Of a stretch of 64,000 nucleotides of DNA, positions 1 through 9,456 are shown piece by piece (the stretch's first letter is position 1; each line of letters opens with the position of its first letter). The notes under the pieces are model-generated. The model ran no database searches. It was given only the letters and a program-made list of their open reading frames with translations, and was not told the DNA's origin. The stretch is from a virus. Both the position numbers and the translations under genes were made by a program. The stretch lies in the IMG/VR virus record IMGVR_UViG_3300030202_003733, positions 64,001 to 128,000 of that record; one strand, written 5' to 3'.

Positions 1-231
1 AGCCTTAAGCCTGCTAGTCGCTAGACCCCAGTCCTTCTTTAAATCTTCAGGGCATACCTGATCGATTCGCTTGCCGCAATATAGATCAGCACACTCGATT
101 TTATGACCATCTACCGATAAGGGGTGAGACCATGTCCGTGTGAGCCCCTGTGGAAGCGGGCCATAAATAATTGACTTGTCGTAATAATAGCCTCGACATT
201 CTTTCTTATCGTCAAATGCTTGGAAATACAA
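1..231 (-). CDS. 5' part of a gene running off the window (hypothetical; possibly a replication protein)
   Basis: Not in ORF track. Open frame from TTG at 231 to base 1 (LYFQAFDDKKECRGYYYDK...CPEDLKKDWGLATSRLKA), G-rich SD-like sequence upstream, directly after the stop of the preceding gene. Confidence 0.55.
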   Translation of the reverse strand, partial: MYFQAFDDKKECRGYYYDKSIIYGPLPQGLTRTWSHPLSVDGHKIECADLYCGKRIDQVCPEDLKKDWGLATSRLKA

Positions 232-243
232 GACGCCCCCATG

Positions 244-1539
244 CTAGTATTGTGTCTCACGACTCAGTGGTATGGAATTTAGTAACACATTGTCTAACTC
301 CCGTCTAGAAATTTCCACACCTTCTTCGAGTTCTGCTTTCGAATACACATAAGCATTATAGCCACCAGTATCGTTAAGGAAACCTATAAAACACCTGCCA
401 ATATACCGCAAAGCACCAGGGTAGTCCCCCTTAGCTAGAAACCCTCCGAAGTTTCTTGACAGGTTTGACATAAACGCTTTGGTATAGCGATTTTGGCATT
501 CAATGTTTCTTATTTTAGTATACCTATCCAGCCAATACTTTTGCTTTTCCAAAGTAGTCGGGGCATAATCTTCAAACTTGACCCTTGGCCTTTCTTTGAA
601 AGTTGTTACTTTATTTCTACCCTCGCCCGTCACTTCTTTTAGGTTCGGTCTCGCATTGACGAACCTGTTGTAGAACTTGATGCAATATTTAATGAACACA
701 TCAATATCCTCTGCGTGCGCCAGCCCATAATAGTCCTCAAAGACAAGATCACTATCTGTATCATATTTTTTCATATAGTTCTCCATCTCCACGGATCCTA
801 TATTGGCCACCAACCTAAAAGGTAGGTTTTTATCAATCAAAAACCCATATTTAGTCGCGCAAAGTTCAAAAAAGTTGAAGTTTGGGCTGTCAATTATTTC
901 AGCTATCTTTTCTGAGTCTTTGTCGTAGCTAATATCGGCTATTTCAACATGTAGCCCACTAACCAGGGGGGTACAATACTTGCTAGTTAAAAAGCCTGTG
1001 CGGGTGAATGGAATGCCGATTAAGTTTTCCTCCAGATATGACATGAGCGAATCAACAAAGTCTTCAAAGTTTTTTATTTTATTCTCCAGGGATCTCGCTA
1101 AAATATAGTTATTAAGAAAATCCTTTCGGAAAGGTAAAACATGTTGGTTATAAAGAACATTTAAATCTACCCAAGATTTTTTTGCGCTCAAATCACTTAA
1201 ATACGGATCTTCATCGCTAATTCGCCTAAGGTTAGTGTGTTTATCAAATTCTTTTTTCATGTCCGCGAAAGCATCGCATACAAAGTCTAAGGCCACCGGA
1301 GAATTATTTTGACTTGGTACCAGAGACTTCAATCTATCGCGTGGTGCTATGATGGGCCTGTGATCTCTGTCTATCCTACCATAGTAAAGATTCTCTATAA
1401 ACCAAAAATCTCTTAGTAAACCAGGATACCCCTCGTCTGCGGCTGCGCTATACGCCTTGCCGGCAAACTTCGACCTGGAATTGAATACCTCACGGGCACC
1501 AGAAGAGTTGCTACCCTTAAAAAACCGTTCTCTAGCCAT
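244..1539 (-). CDS. Hypothetical protein at the end of the tail/baseplate operon
   Basis: Long ORF; ATG at 1539 (MARERFF) has a GGAGG SD and overlaps the upstream stop, so it is more likely than the track start at 1584. Confidence 0.75.
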   Translation of the reverse strand: MARERFFKGSNSSGAREVFNSRSKFAGKAYSAAADEGYPGLLRDFWFIENLYYGRIDRDHRPIIAPRDRLKSLVPSQNNSPVALDFVCDAFADMKKEFDKHTNLRRISDEDPYLSDLSAKKSWVDLNVLYNQHVLPFRKDFLNNYILARSLENKIKNFEDFVDSLMSYLEENLIGIPFTRTGFLTSKYCTPLVSGLHVEIADISYDKDSEKIAEIIDSPNFNFFELCATKYGFLIDKNLPFRLVANIGSVEMENYMKKYDTDSDLVFEDYYGLAHAEDIDVFIKYCIKFYNRFVNARPNLKEVTGEGRNKVTTFKERPRVKFEDYAPTTLEKQKYWLDRYTKIRNIECQNRYTKAFMSNLSRNFGGFLAKGDYPGALRYIGRCFIGFLNDTGGYNAYVYSKAELEEGVEISRRELDNVLLNSIPLSRETQY

Positions 1540-4105
1540 TTCTAACTTCCTCCCCTGTAGCCGGTTTAGTTGTGTTTGGATCACTGCCTATTTCATCATC
1601 AGCTATGATAAAGGTTTCCTCTCTCCACCCCTCGTGACGACAGTTTATTGAAGTCTCAAAAGAGTCTTTTGTGATTGTGGAGCTAACTCCCGTAATAAGA
1701 TGGTAGCCGCCGAGACCCATCATATTCGCGTAACTTTTTAATTGTCCGTACTCCGTTCCCTGAAACGGGCTGCCTAACCTGTCGGAACCTAAACCCATAG
1801 GATTTAGATAAATTCTAGTGCCAGGTACAAATAGCCCATTACCTATTAAGTTTATGTCCACATTATAAACATCAGAAAGCTGCGCCTCCGGGTTCATGTC
1901 CGCCTGAGTGAACCTGATTTCCCGAAGGCCCTGCACTTGCGTTTTTGAAAAGGTTGCGTTTTTAACTATTCCATCTGATTGCCCAAGCGTGAGATGATAT
2001 CTCCCTTCTTCATAATCTTTATTGTATCGAGCTAGATCATCAAGTTTAGGATCTATTTTTAAATTAGGTGAATTAACTGGATATATGACGACATAATTAT
2101 AAGTTTCGTCCGATGGGACATTCAGGTCTATTCTTGGAAAAAGTAAGTTAGACGAACCATCTATGTCGCTCTTAAATTGACCAAGGTCAATCCTACCGTC
2201 TTTCGAGCGAAATTTCAATAGCCGGTCTTTCTTATCTCGACCCTCAACCAAGCCTCTAATCTGAGACGTGTCGAAGGTTGTGCCCACTGTCCCATCTCCA
2301 CATGCGGGACCTAAAGACTCAAAAACTAGATCATTTATTACCTCTCTAATAAAAGTAAAGAGGGGGTAGGTCTCCTGCTGTGTGTTTACAATTTTGTCTC
2401 TCATAAAAGAAGAAAACAATTCCACAGAAACGGGAATATCTGCTAAATTAGCGTTCCTAACCTCGTTGGTTTCAAGATCGCGGTACTCAAAAGTGGGCGT
2501 AATAAGCCTTACCCTATCCAAGTCATTATCATTTTCTAGTGCTGCATCAAAAGCCGCTGAAAGCAAATCACCTAGAAAAAAGAATGTTATGTTCCTAGTT
2601 CCCGCCTGCATTATATCCTCTGGTGGTACAAGGGTCTCGTCGTCCTTGGATTTTTTAAGAAAAAACTGCTCCGACGTGGCGTTCTCCCCCAGTTTTCTAG
2701 ACTCAAGAGGGGGATAAAGTTTAACAGTTTTTTTGACCTCCTTCAGCCTCCCGTCTACTACCTGCTGGGTGGTTATTTCGACATCTTCAGCGGGTCCGAG
2801 CGTTACACAATAGATATTTGTTTTTCTTTTTGACTGATCTTTGGGAAACATCAAGCGATTGAGTAAAGACTTATATGATTCAACTTTTATTTGTCTAATT
2901 TTATCCGCTCTTTCTTTTTTTATTGTTTCAACGATCAACGCCGTATCCAGCTCCAGGGCAGTATTCCCAACTCGGACTACCTCGGGCTGCTCGACCTCAG
3001 AGGAGAACTCGGCCAGGACGGGATCGAACTCTTCCTTAATTCCACGAACAGCGGGGGAGGTCATAACGTTGGCACTAGGGTGGAAACCAGAAGTTTCAGC
3101 ATAAGGTCTAAGAGTGAGCGTGAGTCTTACCGAGCCGTCGTCATTAATATCGTATACATGATCAACAAGACCTAGATCAAAAGTTTCAACCATATTTTTT
3201 AAAGCATTGTCAAGCTCTTTTGTGGTTACGGTGCCACCAGGTGAAGTTGCCCAGCCAGCCGATATTTTAGTTCTAAAAAATTCTGGGTTGTTGGCTAGGC
3301 GGTCTTCGCCTGCCTTGACAGTTATGGGTTGCCTCACAACGAGATCAATAATCCTATAAGTCCGTGGTTGGCCAGTAGAGTCAACGCCAGTCCTGTCTTT
3401 TAGAAGCTCATTAAAGTTTTGTGCGTATATTACTAAAGTTGCCTCTAGATCTTTGTGGGCAGTAAATGGATTCTGGCCGATGTACGTCCAAGAAAAGGAT
3501 TCTATGCCTACACCTATGCCCCTCTGGAGACTGCTATCGAGCATAGATTGCAAGTCCAAGGTTGGGTCTATAAAGTTTGGAAATTTTATTTCAAGTTCCG
3601 CATCGGGCTCATAATATTGTTTGTGGAGTCTTATAAAAGGCATCAACTGAGATAATTCGTGGGTTTTGACACTTAAAAAAGTGCTGACACCATCTTTTAA
3701 TGTCATCTTGGATATTATTGTCGATGGGTTTCCTGACAACATATGTATTCTTTCGCCTAAGCGTTGCCCGTCTGGTCTCTGGGATGCGAAGAAGTCCATA
3801 TTGCGAACAAGCCAACACTGATCGTAGGTATCCTCAGGGCAATCACCCACTTCTTCTTGATCCTCATCCTTGGGACTGGGGGGCTTGGTGGCCAGAATAG
3901 CCTTCCCTTCGGGCGAGTTTGGGTCGACTGTACCCGTAAAGGCCCCCTCGGGAGCAGCCGTGATCTCTAACTCATTCTTTTCTGGATCAAAGGAATATTG
4001 ATACTCGCTACCGTCCGACCAAGTTTCAACAGTATTCTCTGTCTCTGCTGGGGCCGGGGTTTCTGGTTGCGGTGCCGTATCTTGGGGGGTTATTTCGTCA
4101 GCCAT
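1532..4105 (-). CDS. Baseplate hub-like protein (gp27/late control D-like)
   Basis: 857 aa; C-terminal YNVDINLIGNGLFVPGTRIYLN...GYHLITGVSSTIT...FETSINC resembles hub beta-barrel ends; follows TMP, tube initiator and LysM genes. Confidence 0.55.
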   Translation of the reverse strand: MADEITPQDTAPQPETPAPAETENTVETWSDGSEYQYSFDPEKNELEITAAPEGAFTGTVDPNSPEGKAILATKPPSPKDEDQEEVGDCPEDTYDQCWLVRNMDFFASQRPDGQRLGERIHMLSGNPSTIISKMTLKDGVSTFLSVKTHELSQLMPFIRLHKQYYEPDAELEIKFPNFIDPTLDLQSMLDSSLQRGIGVGIESFSWTYIGQNPFTAHKDLEATLVIYAQNFNELLKDRTGVDSTGQPRTYRIIDLVVRQPITVKAGEDRLANNPEFFRTKISAGWATSPGGTVTTKELDNALKNMVETFDLGLVDHVYDINDDGSVRLTLTLRPYAETSGFHPSANVMTSPAVRGIKEEFDPVLAEFSSEVEQPEVVRVGNTALELDTALIVETIKKERADKIRQIKVESYKSLLNRLMFPKDQSKRKTNIYCVTLGPAEDVEITTQQVVDGRLKEVKKTVKLYPPLESRKLGENATSEQFFLKKSKDDETLVPPEDIMQAGTRNITFFFLGDLLSAAFDAALENDNDLDRVRLITPTFEYRDLETNEVRNANLADIPVSVELFSSFMRDKIVNTQQETYPLFTFIREVINDLVFESLGPACGDGTVGTTFDTSQIRGLVEGRDKKDRLLKFRSKDGRIDLGQFKSDIDGSSNLLFPRIDLNVPSDETYNYVVIYPVNSPNLKIDPKLDDLARYNKDYEEGRYHLTLGQSDGIVKNATFSKTQVQGLREIRFTQADMNPEAQLSDVYNVDINLIGNGLFVPGTRIYLNPMGLGSDRLGSPFQGTEYGQLKSYANMMGLGGYHLITGVSSTITKDSFETSINCRHEGWREETFIIADDEIGSDPNTTKPATGEEVRNG

Positions 4106-4108
4106 TAT

Positions 4109-4441
4109 TTAAACTCCGTAATAACTCAAAGCCTTCTCTAAGGGTATTGGTACATATATCAAGTCACCAAAATTAACATGCGCCTCGGTTGGCTTCTTAT
4201 TGAACCAGGCTATAACCCACCAAAGGGAAGAGTCGCCATAATATAATTGAGCCAATTTATAATATCTGTCCCCTTCCGACCAAACATGGGGCACTTTTTC
4301 CAATGACGCAATTTGGGCTTTTGTCAATCGTCTGAACTTGGGCAATGCGTATTGACGCACAAAATTTTTGCCTCGGTTCTCAAGGGCTTCCTCATAAATG
4401 GGCTCTTTGTTTCTTATTATTTTGTTTCTTCTATATCTCAT
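4109..4441 (-). CDS. LysM-like baseplate protein (gp53/tail X-like)
   Basis: HVWSEGDRYYKLAQLYYGDSSLWWVIAWFN...GDLIYVP motif; canonical position. Confidence 0.8.
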   Translation of the reverse strand: MRYRRNKIIRNKEPIYEEALENRGKNFVRQYALPKFRRLTKAQIASLEKVPHVWSEGDRYYKLAQLYYGDSSLWWVIAWFNKKPTEAHVNFGDLIYVPIPLEKALSYYGV

Positions 4442-5334
4442 GAGTCTGGGGCTCCATCGGGGTCTAGGGCTGTGTCGGTTTCAGTATTGGAAACAATTTC
4501 TTCAGTGGAGCCCTTTTTTGCGCCGCCTGTGCTACCTAATTGTAAGCCCGCAGGTGGTGACAGGGCTCGGCTCCACGGAAAGTTTTGACCGCCCATCCAC
4601 TGTGGAGAGGAGGCGTCGTGTTTTTTGGCAGCCCGATAATCTTGCTTGGCCGCCTTGTCTACTTGTTTTGTGGTTCCCTCTCCACCTGCCAAATCGCCTA
4701 AAGCTTCCGAAGTTTTGTCCCAGGAGAATGCACCAGCAGACTGCCAACCGAGAGGATGCTGGTGAAGAACATTGTAATTGATGCTTAAGTCTATAACTTT
4801 GGGGTAGAGCCTCGTGTCGGGGTCCAGAAAGCCAGAGTCGAGGTTTGGAGTCCAAGTCAAACTAGTTATAACCCCCAATAAACCAGTTGTTCCAGCACTT
4901 GCACCATATGTCTGGTTGCCGTCATAGATCAAATTTGAAAATCTAAGTTTAATCAAAGGAGCCTTTGATATTGTAGAGGCATTCCCCACATCAGTATACT
5001 GTGGATATAGCATTCTTGCAAGCGTGGAGCACTTGGCCATATTATTTTCTGCGCTAGTTTGCCCGTCGAGGCTAAATGCCACGACCTCCCATGACAGCGA
5101 TAAGGAGCGCTGTGTGCCTTGAAAGTTTTGTATGGGATCGCCCCTACCAAAAACAGAGACGGGTGTCCAGTTGGAAGTATAGGTCTCATTATAGGTTTTC
5201 AAGATGGCCTGGAAGTTGACGGACGTCATTGACGGGACGTGGTAAAACTCAAGTTTTTGTCCCTTTGACTCTAATATATTTCCCGCGTCGTAAGCACCAC
5301 CATTCGTAATCTTATCTAATAAAGTGTCTGACAT
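4438..5334 (-). CDS. Tail tube initiator (gp48/gp54-like, contractile-system tube-type)
   Basis: YTSNWTPVSVFGRGDPIQNFQGTQRSLSLSW and APLIKLRFSNLI motifs; between TMP and LysM genes. Confidence 0.65.
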   Translation of the reverse strand: MSDTLLDKITNGGAYDAGNILESKGQKLEFYHVPSMTSVNFQAILKTYNETYTSNWTPVSVFGRGDPIQNFQGTQRSLSLSWEVVAFSLDGQTSAENNMAKCSTLARMLYPQYTDVGNASTISKAPLIKLRFSNLIYDGNQTYGASAGTTGLLGVITSLTWTPNLDSGFLDPDTRLYPKVIDLSINYNVLHQHPLGWQSAGAFSWDKTSEALGDLAGGEGTTKQVDKAAKQDYRAAKKHDASSPQWMGGQNFPWSRALSPPAGLQLGSTGGAKKGSTEEIVSNTETDTALDPDGAPDS

Positions 5335-5340
5335 TTATCG

Positions 5341-6999
5341 TTATCCCCCTAATCCAATTTTGCTCATTACAACACTTGCGATCTGGCCGTCTAACAGGCT
5401 AAGGAAGCCTCTCCCATCTATTTTTAGTTGTAGATTTTCTACGGTAATCGGAGCACCAGCAGGAGTGCCCGTCAAGGCGGGAACAGCCGTAGCAGCAGCA
5501 GCCCCGGCAGCCGCAGCGGTTGGAGCGGAGAACATCTCTATTTTCCTGGCTTCGGTTTCGAACTCTCTCATAAGTTCCAACGACGCAAACAAGTTTTCCC
5601 GCACACTGTCACTGAACTCAACGGCATAACCCACTGCTTGATCCTTTAACCCACGAAGACCATCCGCTCCTTCCTGACCAAGTTTTGCAAAAAATTCTGC
5701 GTTCTCTTCTGCCATGGGTCCATACACATTTTCAGTAATCTCTAAGGCAAATTCTTTTGCCACTTCACGCACAGGTGTGATAAATTGGGAGGCCCCCACT
5801 GCTGCTTGGTCTTTCAAAATATTAATTTGATCCGCTGTGGTCCTGCCAAACTTTGTTGCTCCCTCTAGCTCTTCAAGGCTAGTAGAAGCAGCCGTCGCAT
5901 TTTTAGCAAACTCCTCGCCGGATTCAGACATCAACTTATTGAAATCAAGGACAGACATTCCCATCCTTTCAGCGAGTGTGCTCCTGAAATAATATGCTTG
6001 CGTTTCGCCCATAGCAGAGATTTTTTCTTGGGTAAACCCGGCATCCTCAACCGCGCCTCTTATTTTTAACATGCGCTCCGTGGGATCAACCGTCATCATC
6101 ATATCAATAGTGTCAAGATATGTGCCCCCCAAGAGTGCGTTAAGTTCCTGTACTTTATCCGCAGCGCCTGTGAAAGTATCGAATTGGGCTGTGACATTGA
6201 CCATGTTCTCCATCGAAACACCAGATCTTCTAGACTCAGCCGCCAACCTTCTAAAGTGATGAACGCCTTGATCCCCAAAAACAGCAAATTTATCCGCATT
6301 TCTAGTGAATTGCGAGGTGAGTTCACTAGCCTCCATACCCATTTCAGCCGCCATAGCAACCATGTTTGGGAACGTTTCGCGTGCAGCTTCGTCGGACATG
6401 CCCATGCCCCTAGTCATCATCTCAAAGCCTTCTGCCGTAGTGAATTGACTCACACCAAACTTTTCTAAAACTATCATAGTGTCAACTAGCGCGTCCTGCT
6501 GGTCGCCACTCATTCTAGTAAATTCGGTGGTATTCCTTAGGACCGCTTGTAGGGCTGTAGACGAATCTCGCAGTGTGCCGCCGAACTGGACGTTTCTAAC
6601 AAAAGCCTCTGACAAGGATTGGTTGAAGTTACCCATTTGTCCAGTTAATTTATTAAAACTAGCTTGAGTTTTTTCTGTTTCTATGCTCAGTTCAAGCGAC
6701 CTGTCAGCGACCGCAAGCAATCTCTCAGCGGCAATCCTAGCAACGCCGTCTAACTCACCGAGAGCCCCAGTAGATCTCATAAAATCTGAAAACGCTGAGC
6801 TTGAATTGCCAAGTCCAAGGAAAGCCTCGGTTAAGCCAACAGTCGCCTCTGATAAAGACTTTATCGACTGGGTGCTCTTCGTGGTGTCAGCGATAATACT
6901 AGGCTCAGGACCCAGAATTTTAACTATTTCTTTAGCTTGCTCTTCAGTATAGCCTAGCTCACTGACTAGTCTATCTATAGTTTCTTGTTTGGTTGCCAT
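5341..6999 (-). CDS. Tape measure protein
   Basis: 552 aa, Ala/Glu/Gly/Met-rich helical sequence; downstream of tube and chaperones, upstream of tube initiator. Confidence 0.75.
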   Translation of the reverse strand: MATKQETIDRLVSELGYTEEQAKEIVKILGPEPSIIADTTKSTQSIKSLSEATVGLTEAFLGLGNSSSAFSDFMRSTGALGELDGVARIAAERLLAVADRSLELSIETEKTQASFNKLTGQMGNFNQSLSEAFVRNVQFGGTLRDSSTALQAVLRNTTEFTRMSGDQQDALVDTMIVLEKFGVSQFTTAEGFEMMTRGMGMSDEAARETFPNMVAMAAEMGMEASELTSQFTRNADKFAVFGDQGVHHFRRLAAESRRSGVSMENMVNVTAQFDTFTGAADKVQELNALLGGTYLDTIDMMMTVDPTERMLKIRGAVEDAGFTQEKISAMGETQAYYFRSTLAERMGMSVLDFNKLMSESGEEFAKNATAASTSLEELEGATKFGRTTADQINILKDQAAVGASQFITPVREVAKEFALEITENVYGPMAEENAEFFAKLGQEGADGLRGLKDQAVGYAVEFSDSVRENLFASLELMREFETEARKIEMFSAPTAAAAGAAAATAVPALTGTPAGAPITVENLQLKIDGRGFLSLLDGQIASVVMSKIGLGG

Positions 7000-7009
7000 C
7001 GACTAAACC

Positions 7010-7300
7010 TCACACCAGAGGCCATTTGGCCTCAAGAACTCGCTCAAGATCATCAATCTTGGACTGCAACTCAGCTTTTGTTTTAGTAGCCATGAGGGAG
7101 TCTTCTCCTTGCTGGTCTATCATTTCTAAATACTTCTTTTCGGCAGCCATAACCAAAGCGAACTTAGCTATTTGATTCTTTGTGCCTTTGATTTTTACCT
7201 TGTCAAGGGACATGCCTTCACCAATCATAGATTCCACAAGTATGGAACGTATGCCGTTTTCAAACTGTGCTTCATTGGGGTTGTTTAGATCAATATACAT
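7010..7300 (-). CDS. Hypothetical protein
   Basis: 96 aa ORF with GGAG SD and an upstream ACTAATTA motif. Confidence 0.7.
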   Translation of the reverse strand: MYIDLNNPNEAQFENGIRSILVESMIGEGMSLDKVKIKGTKNQIAKFALVMAAEKKYLEMIDQQGEDSLMATKTKAELQSKIDDLERVLEAKWPLV

Positions 7301-7326
7301 GAGTGCGCTCCTATAAGTTCATATTA

Positions 7327-7334
7327 TAATTAGT
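7327..7334 (-). promoter_or_regulatory. Candidate late promoter ACTAATTA
   Basis: Intergenic, 26 nt upstream of 7300. Confidence 0.55.
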
Positions 7335-7363
7335 ATACAGCCGCAAAATAGCATACAAACTTT

Positions 7364-7603
7364 CTATTCGCGTTTTAAGTGCTGGACTGCTTGGTACGGG
7401 GCCTGTGAGGAGGAAGATTTTTGTGCCTTTTTCCTAGCCTCTGCTTCCATTTCCTTTTCTTTCACCAACCTCTTCATAAACCATCTTCTAATCTGTGTTG
7501 GCAACGAGTAGGCCTCATGAAAATTCCAATTTCCGTGATATTTGAGCATAAAAAATTCTTCGTAAAGAACTTCGGAATACTTAGAGTCTAGGCCAAAAAA
7601 AGT
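7364..7603 (-). CDS. Tail assembly chaperone, frameshift-accessed second frame (GT-like extension)
   Basis: Frame opens after a TAG at 7604-7606 exactly at the T7 run and reads FFGLDSKYSEVLYEEFFMLKYHGNWNFHEAYSLP; track ATG at 7549 is internal. Confidence 0.65.
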   Translation of the reverse strand, partial: TFFGLDSKYSEVLYEEFFMLKYHGNWNFHEAYSLPTQIRRWFMKRLVKEKEMEAEARKKAQKSSSSQAPYQAVQHLKRE

Positions 7604-8423
7604 CTACGGTGAGCGGCACCTCCATGGGCGCTCTATGGTTGCAATTAGTGCAGGTAAACTCTTGTGTTAGGTCAATATTGGGCACAACTTTGCTGTACAT
7701 ACCGCGAAGGTACCTAGAGTCCAAAACTGGCATTTGATCTACAAATTTTTCTATGTCTCCGCGTATGGTCGATCCGTTAATTGAAGCTATAATGATCTTT
7801 AGTCTATCAGTCAGCGGAGTTTCGGGGAGATTGTTGTCTTTTTTACTGTTATTAAGCCTAGTCAGATATTGCTCGTCTTTACCATCCAAAAGGCGAACCT
7901 CTGTTCTAACTTTGGACACTGGCAAGTCGAACACAAAAGTATTTTGCTCAGTTTGTTCTACCTCAGAAATATCCAAATCATCTATGGATACATTTTTTGT
8001 TTTGCTTAAGTTAAACGTGTACTCCGATCTAGTGGAACACGCTGGGCATGTTACGTTAGCAAGATATTCCTCGCCAAAACCAGTTATGCGTGCTGCAACC
8101 ATAAGCGCATTCTTATCGCCAATCAACATATCGCTGGGAACCAGGGCTTTGTTCACAAGGAGGCTCTGTAGCATTCTATCTACCGCGACACCCTTTTGCA
8201 AAAGACTAATCGAAGACAAAATGTCCTCTTCTTTTGCCGTCATATATTTTATTTCAACACTCTCTACGCCATGAAGCGGGTGTTCCTCACTGTAATACTT
8301 GCCTTTAGACGGTAGTTCCACAAACGTGGTTGGCAAAGTAAAATTAAAGGAATCGTTTTGCTTCTTAGGTGGCTGTAAATCAAGATTAGGAGCAGAAACT
8401 CTCGAACTATTATCTCTAGACAA
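7581..8423 (-). CDS. Tail/baseplate assembly chaperone (T4 gp26-like)
   Basis: VELPSKGKYY, MTAKEEDIL, GDKNALMVAARITGFG, two CxxC pairs, ends VDFFWPRL; follows tail tube. Confidence 0.8.
   Translation of the reverse strand: MSRDNSSRVSAPNLDLQPPKKQNDSFNFTLPTTFVELPSKGKYYSEEHPLHGVESVEIKYMTAKEEDILSSISLLQKGVAVDRMLQSLLVNKALVPSDMLIGDKNALMVAARITGFGEEYLANVTCPACSTRSEYTFNLSKTKNVSIDDLDISEVEQTEQNTFVFDLPVSKVRTEVRLLDGKDEQYLTRLNNSKKDNNLPETPLTDRLKIIIASINGSTIRGDIEKFVDQMPVLDSRYLRGMYSKVVPNIDLTQEFTCTNCNHRAPMEVPLTVDFFWPRL
7595..7601 (-). other. Candidate programmed frameshift slippery site (GAC TTT TTT T GG)
   Basis: T7 run at the overlap of the two chaperone frames; +1/-2 frame open, -1 frame blocked by TAG. Confidence 0.6.
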
Positions 8424-8440
8424 TTATCACCTCAATAAAT

Positions 8441-8469
8441 ATTATAACAAGAAAATACTATAGTGTCAA
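8441..8469 (-). promoter_or_regulatory. Sigma70 promoter TTGACA-N17-TATAAT with extended -10 (TGn)
   Basis: Exact consensus on minus strand, 18 nt upstream of the TTG start at 8423. Confidence 0.85.
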
Positions 8470-8472
8470 GCT

Positions 8473-9066
8473 CTAAACACTATCTGCCCAGTATTTTCTA
8501 GAGGGAGCACCTCTGCTTGTTGGGCCTTGTGCCGACTCTTGGCCAGGTCCAACTTCAATAGACGCCCAGTCATAGGTAAACGTAATAGTGACTTCGGTCA
8601 TGCTGTCGCCATCGTAACCAAGGTCACCATACTTAACATTAGTAATAAATGGATTGTTAAGTGACCAAGTCTCAATAGCGTTACCTGCGGAGTCAATCTG
8701 CTCGATTACAACCCCTTGAAGGGCCGCCACAGCGTTAACCTTAGAAATCGTAGTGGTGTCATTGACATTAGCAGGTGGCTGGTAACCAGACTCATAAATG
8801 ATTCTAGACAAGTTGATCGATGCATCCGGACTAACCGGGTCTACAAGGGTAATGTCAACATTGTTCCACTTTGCCCTACCTGGATACTTAAAAGTGTGGT
8901 TGAGGAACTGATGTTCCGTAGTTGTGATTTCAATCGCTGGCTTTGTAGCCTTTTTGGCATACCAGGTCGCTCCATCAGGCATGGAACCAATGCGGACCAA
9001 AAATCTATATTGTCTTTTTGGCTCGCGGTCCATCGCGGATGTCCAAAAACCTGCTGAACTTGCCAT
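8473..9066 (-). CDS. gp19: Tail tube protein (T4 gp19-like)
   Basis: EPKRQYRFLV, KYPGRAKWNNVDITLVDPV, YGDLGYD...VTITFTYDWA. Confidence 0.9.
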   Translation of the reverse strand: MASSAGFWTSAMDREPKRQYRFLVRIGSMPDGATWYAKKATKPAIEITTTEHQFLNHTFKYPGRAKWNNVDITLVDPVSPDASINLSRIIYESGYQPPANVNDTTTISKVNAVAALQGVVIEQIDSAGNAIETWSLNNPFITNVKYGDLGYDGDSMTEVTITFTYDWASIEVGPGQESAQGPTSRGAPSRKYWADSV

Positions 9067-9095
9067 TGTCTATGTCTCCCTTTAGTGCTCAATAA

Positions 9096-9103
9096 TAATT
9101 AGT
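9096..9103 (-). promoter_or_regulatory. Candidate late promoter ACTAATTA (tail tube)
   Basis: Intergenic, 29 nt upstream of start. Confidence 0.6.
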
Positions 9104-9125
9104 TGCTAAAATAAATTTGTTCTTC

Positions 9126-9455
9126 TTAAATGTCCATGGCCGTGTCGTCTTTCATATCGCCCGAATCAGAATGATATCTTTCGATCTCATCCATGAGCGA
9201 ACCAAAGAACTCAAGCAGCTCTGTGTTTTTCTCTAGTTTTCCCACAATGTCTTCGTTATACTCGTATCGGTCTTCCTCGCTAAGAGTCATACCCTTTGCT
9301 TCAAAGGCATCAAGTATGGCAGAAGCGATAAACTTAGAAGTGGACCCCATCTCGGCTTGTCTGGCTGCGTGATACGCAAACCCGGCCTCCTGTATACGGC
9401 CCACCTCTTCTTTAATAATACTCTTTATTCTTTCTTTTGTAAGTTTAAGTTTCAT
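9126..9455 (-). CDS. Small protein with the shared N-terminal tag
   Basis: MKLKLTKERIKSIIKEEV...RIQE. Confidence 0.75.
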   Translation of the reverse strand: MKLKLTKERIKSIIKEEVGRIQEAGFAYHAARQAEMGSTSKFIASAILDAFEAKGMTLSEEDRYEYNEDIVGKLEKNTELLEFFGSLMDEIERYHSDSGDMKDDTAMDI

Positions 9456-9456
9456 A

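Noticed and set aside
170-190. Plus-strand TTGACT...TAATAA promoter-like sequence
   Set aside because: Spacing is wrong, it lies within a minus-strand coding frame, and no plus-strand gene follows
1-231. Calling the truncated first gene a family A DNA polymerase
   Set aside because: Only 77 N-terminal codons are visible and contain no catalytic motifs
7591-7601. Canonical -1 frameshift at the T-run
   Set aside because: The -1 frame reads TTG GCC TAG and stops immediately
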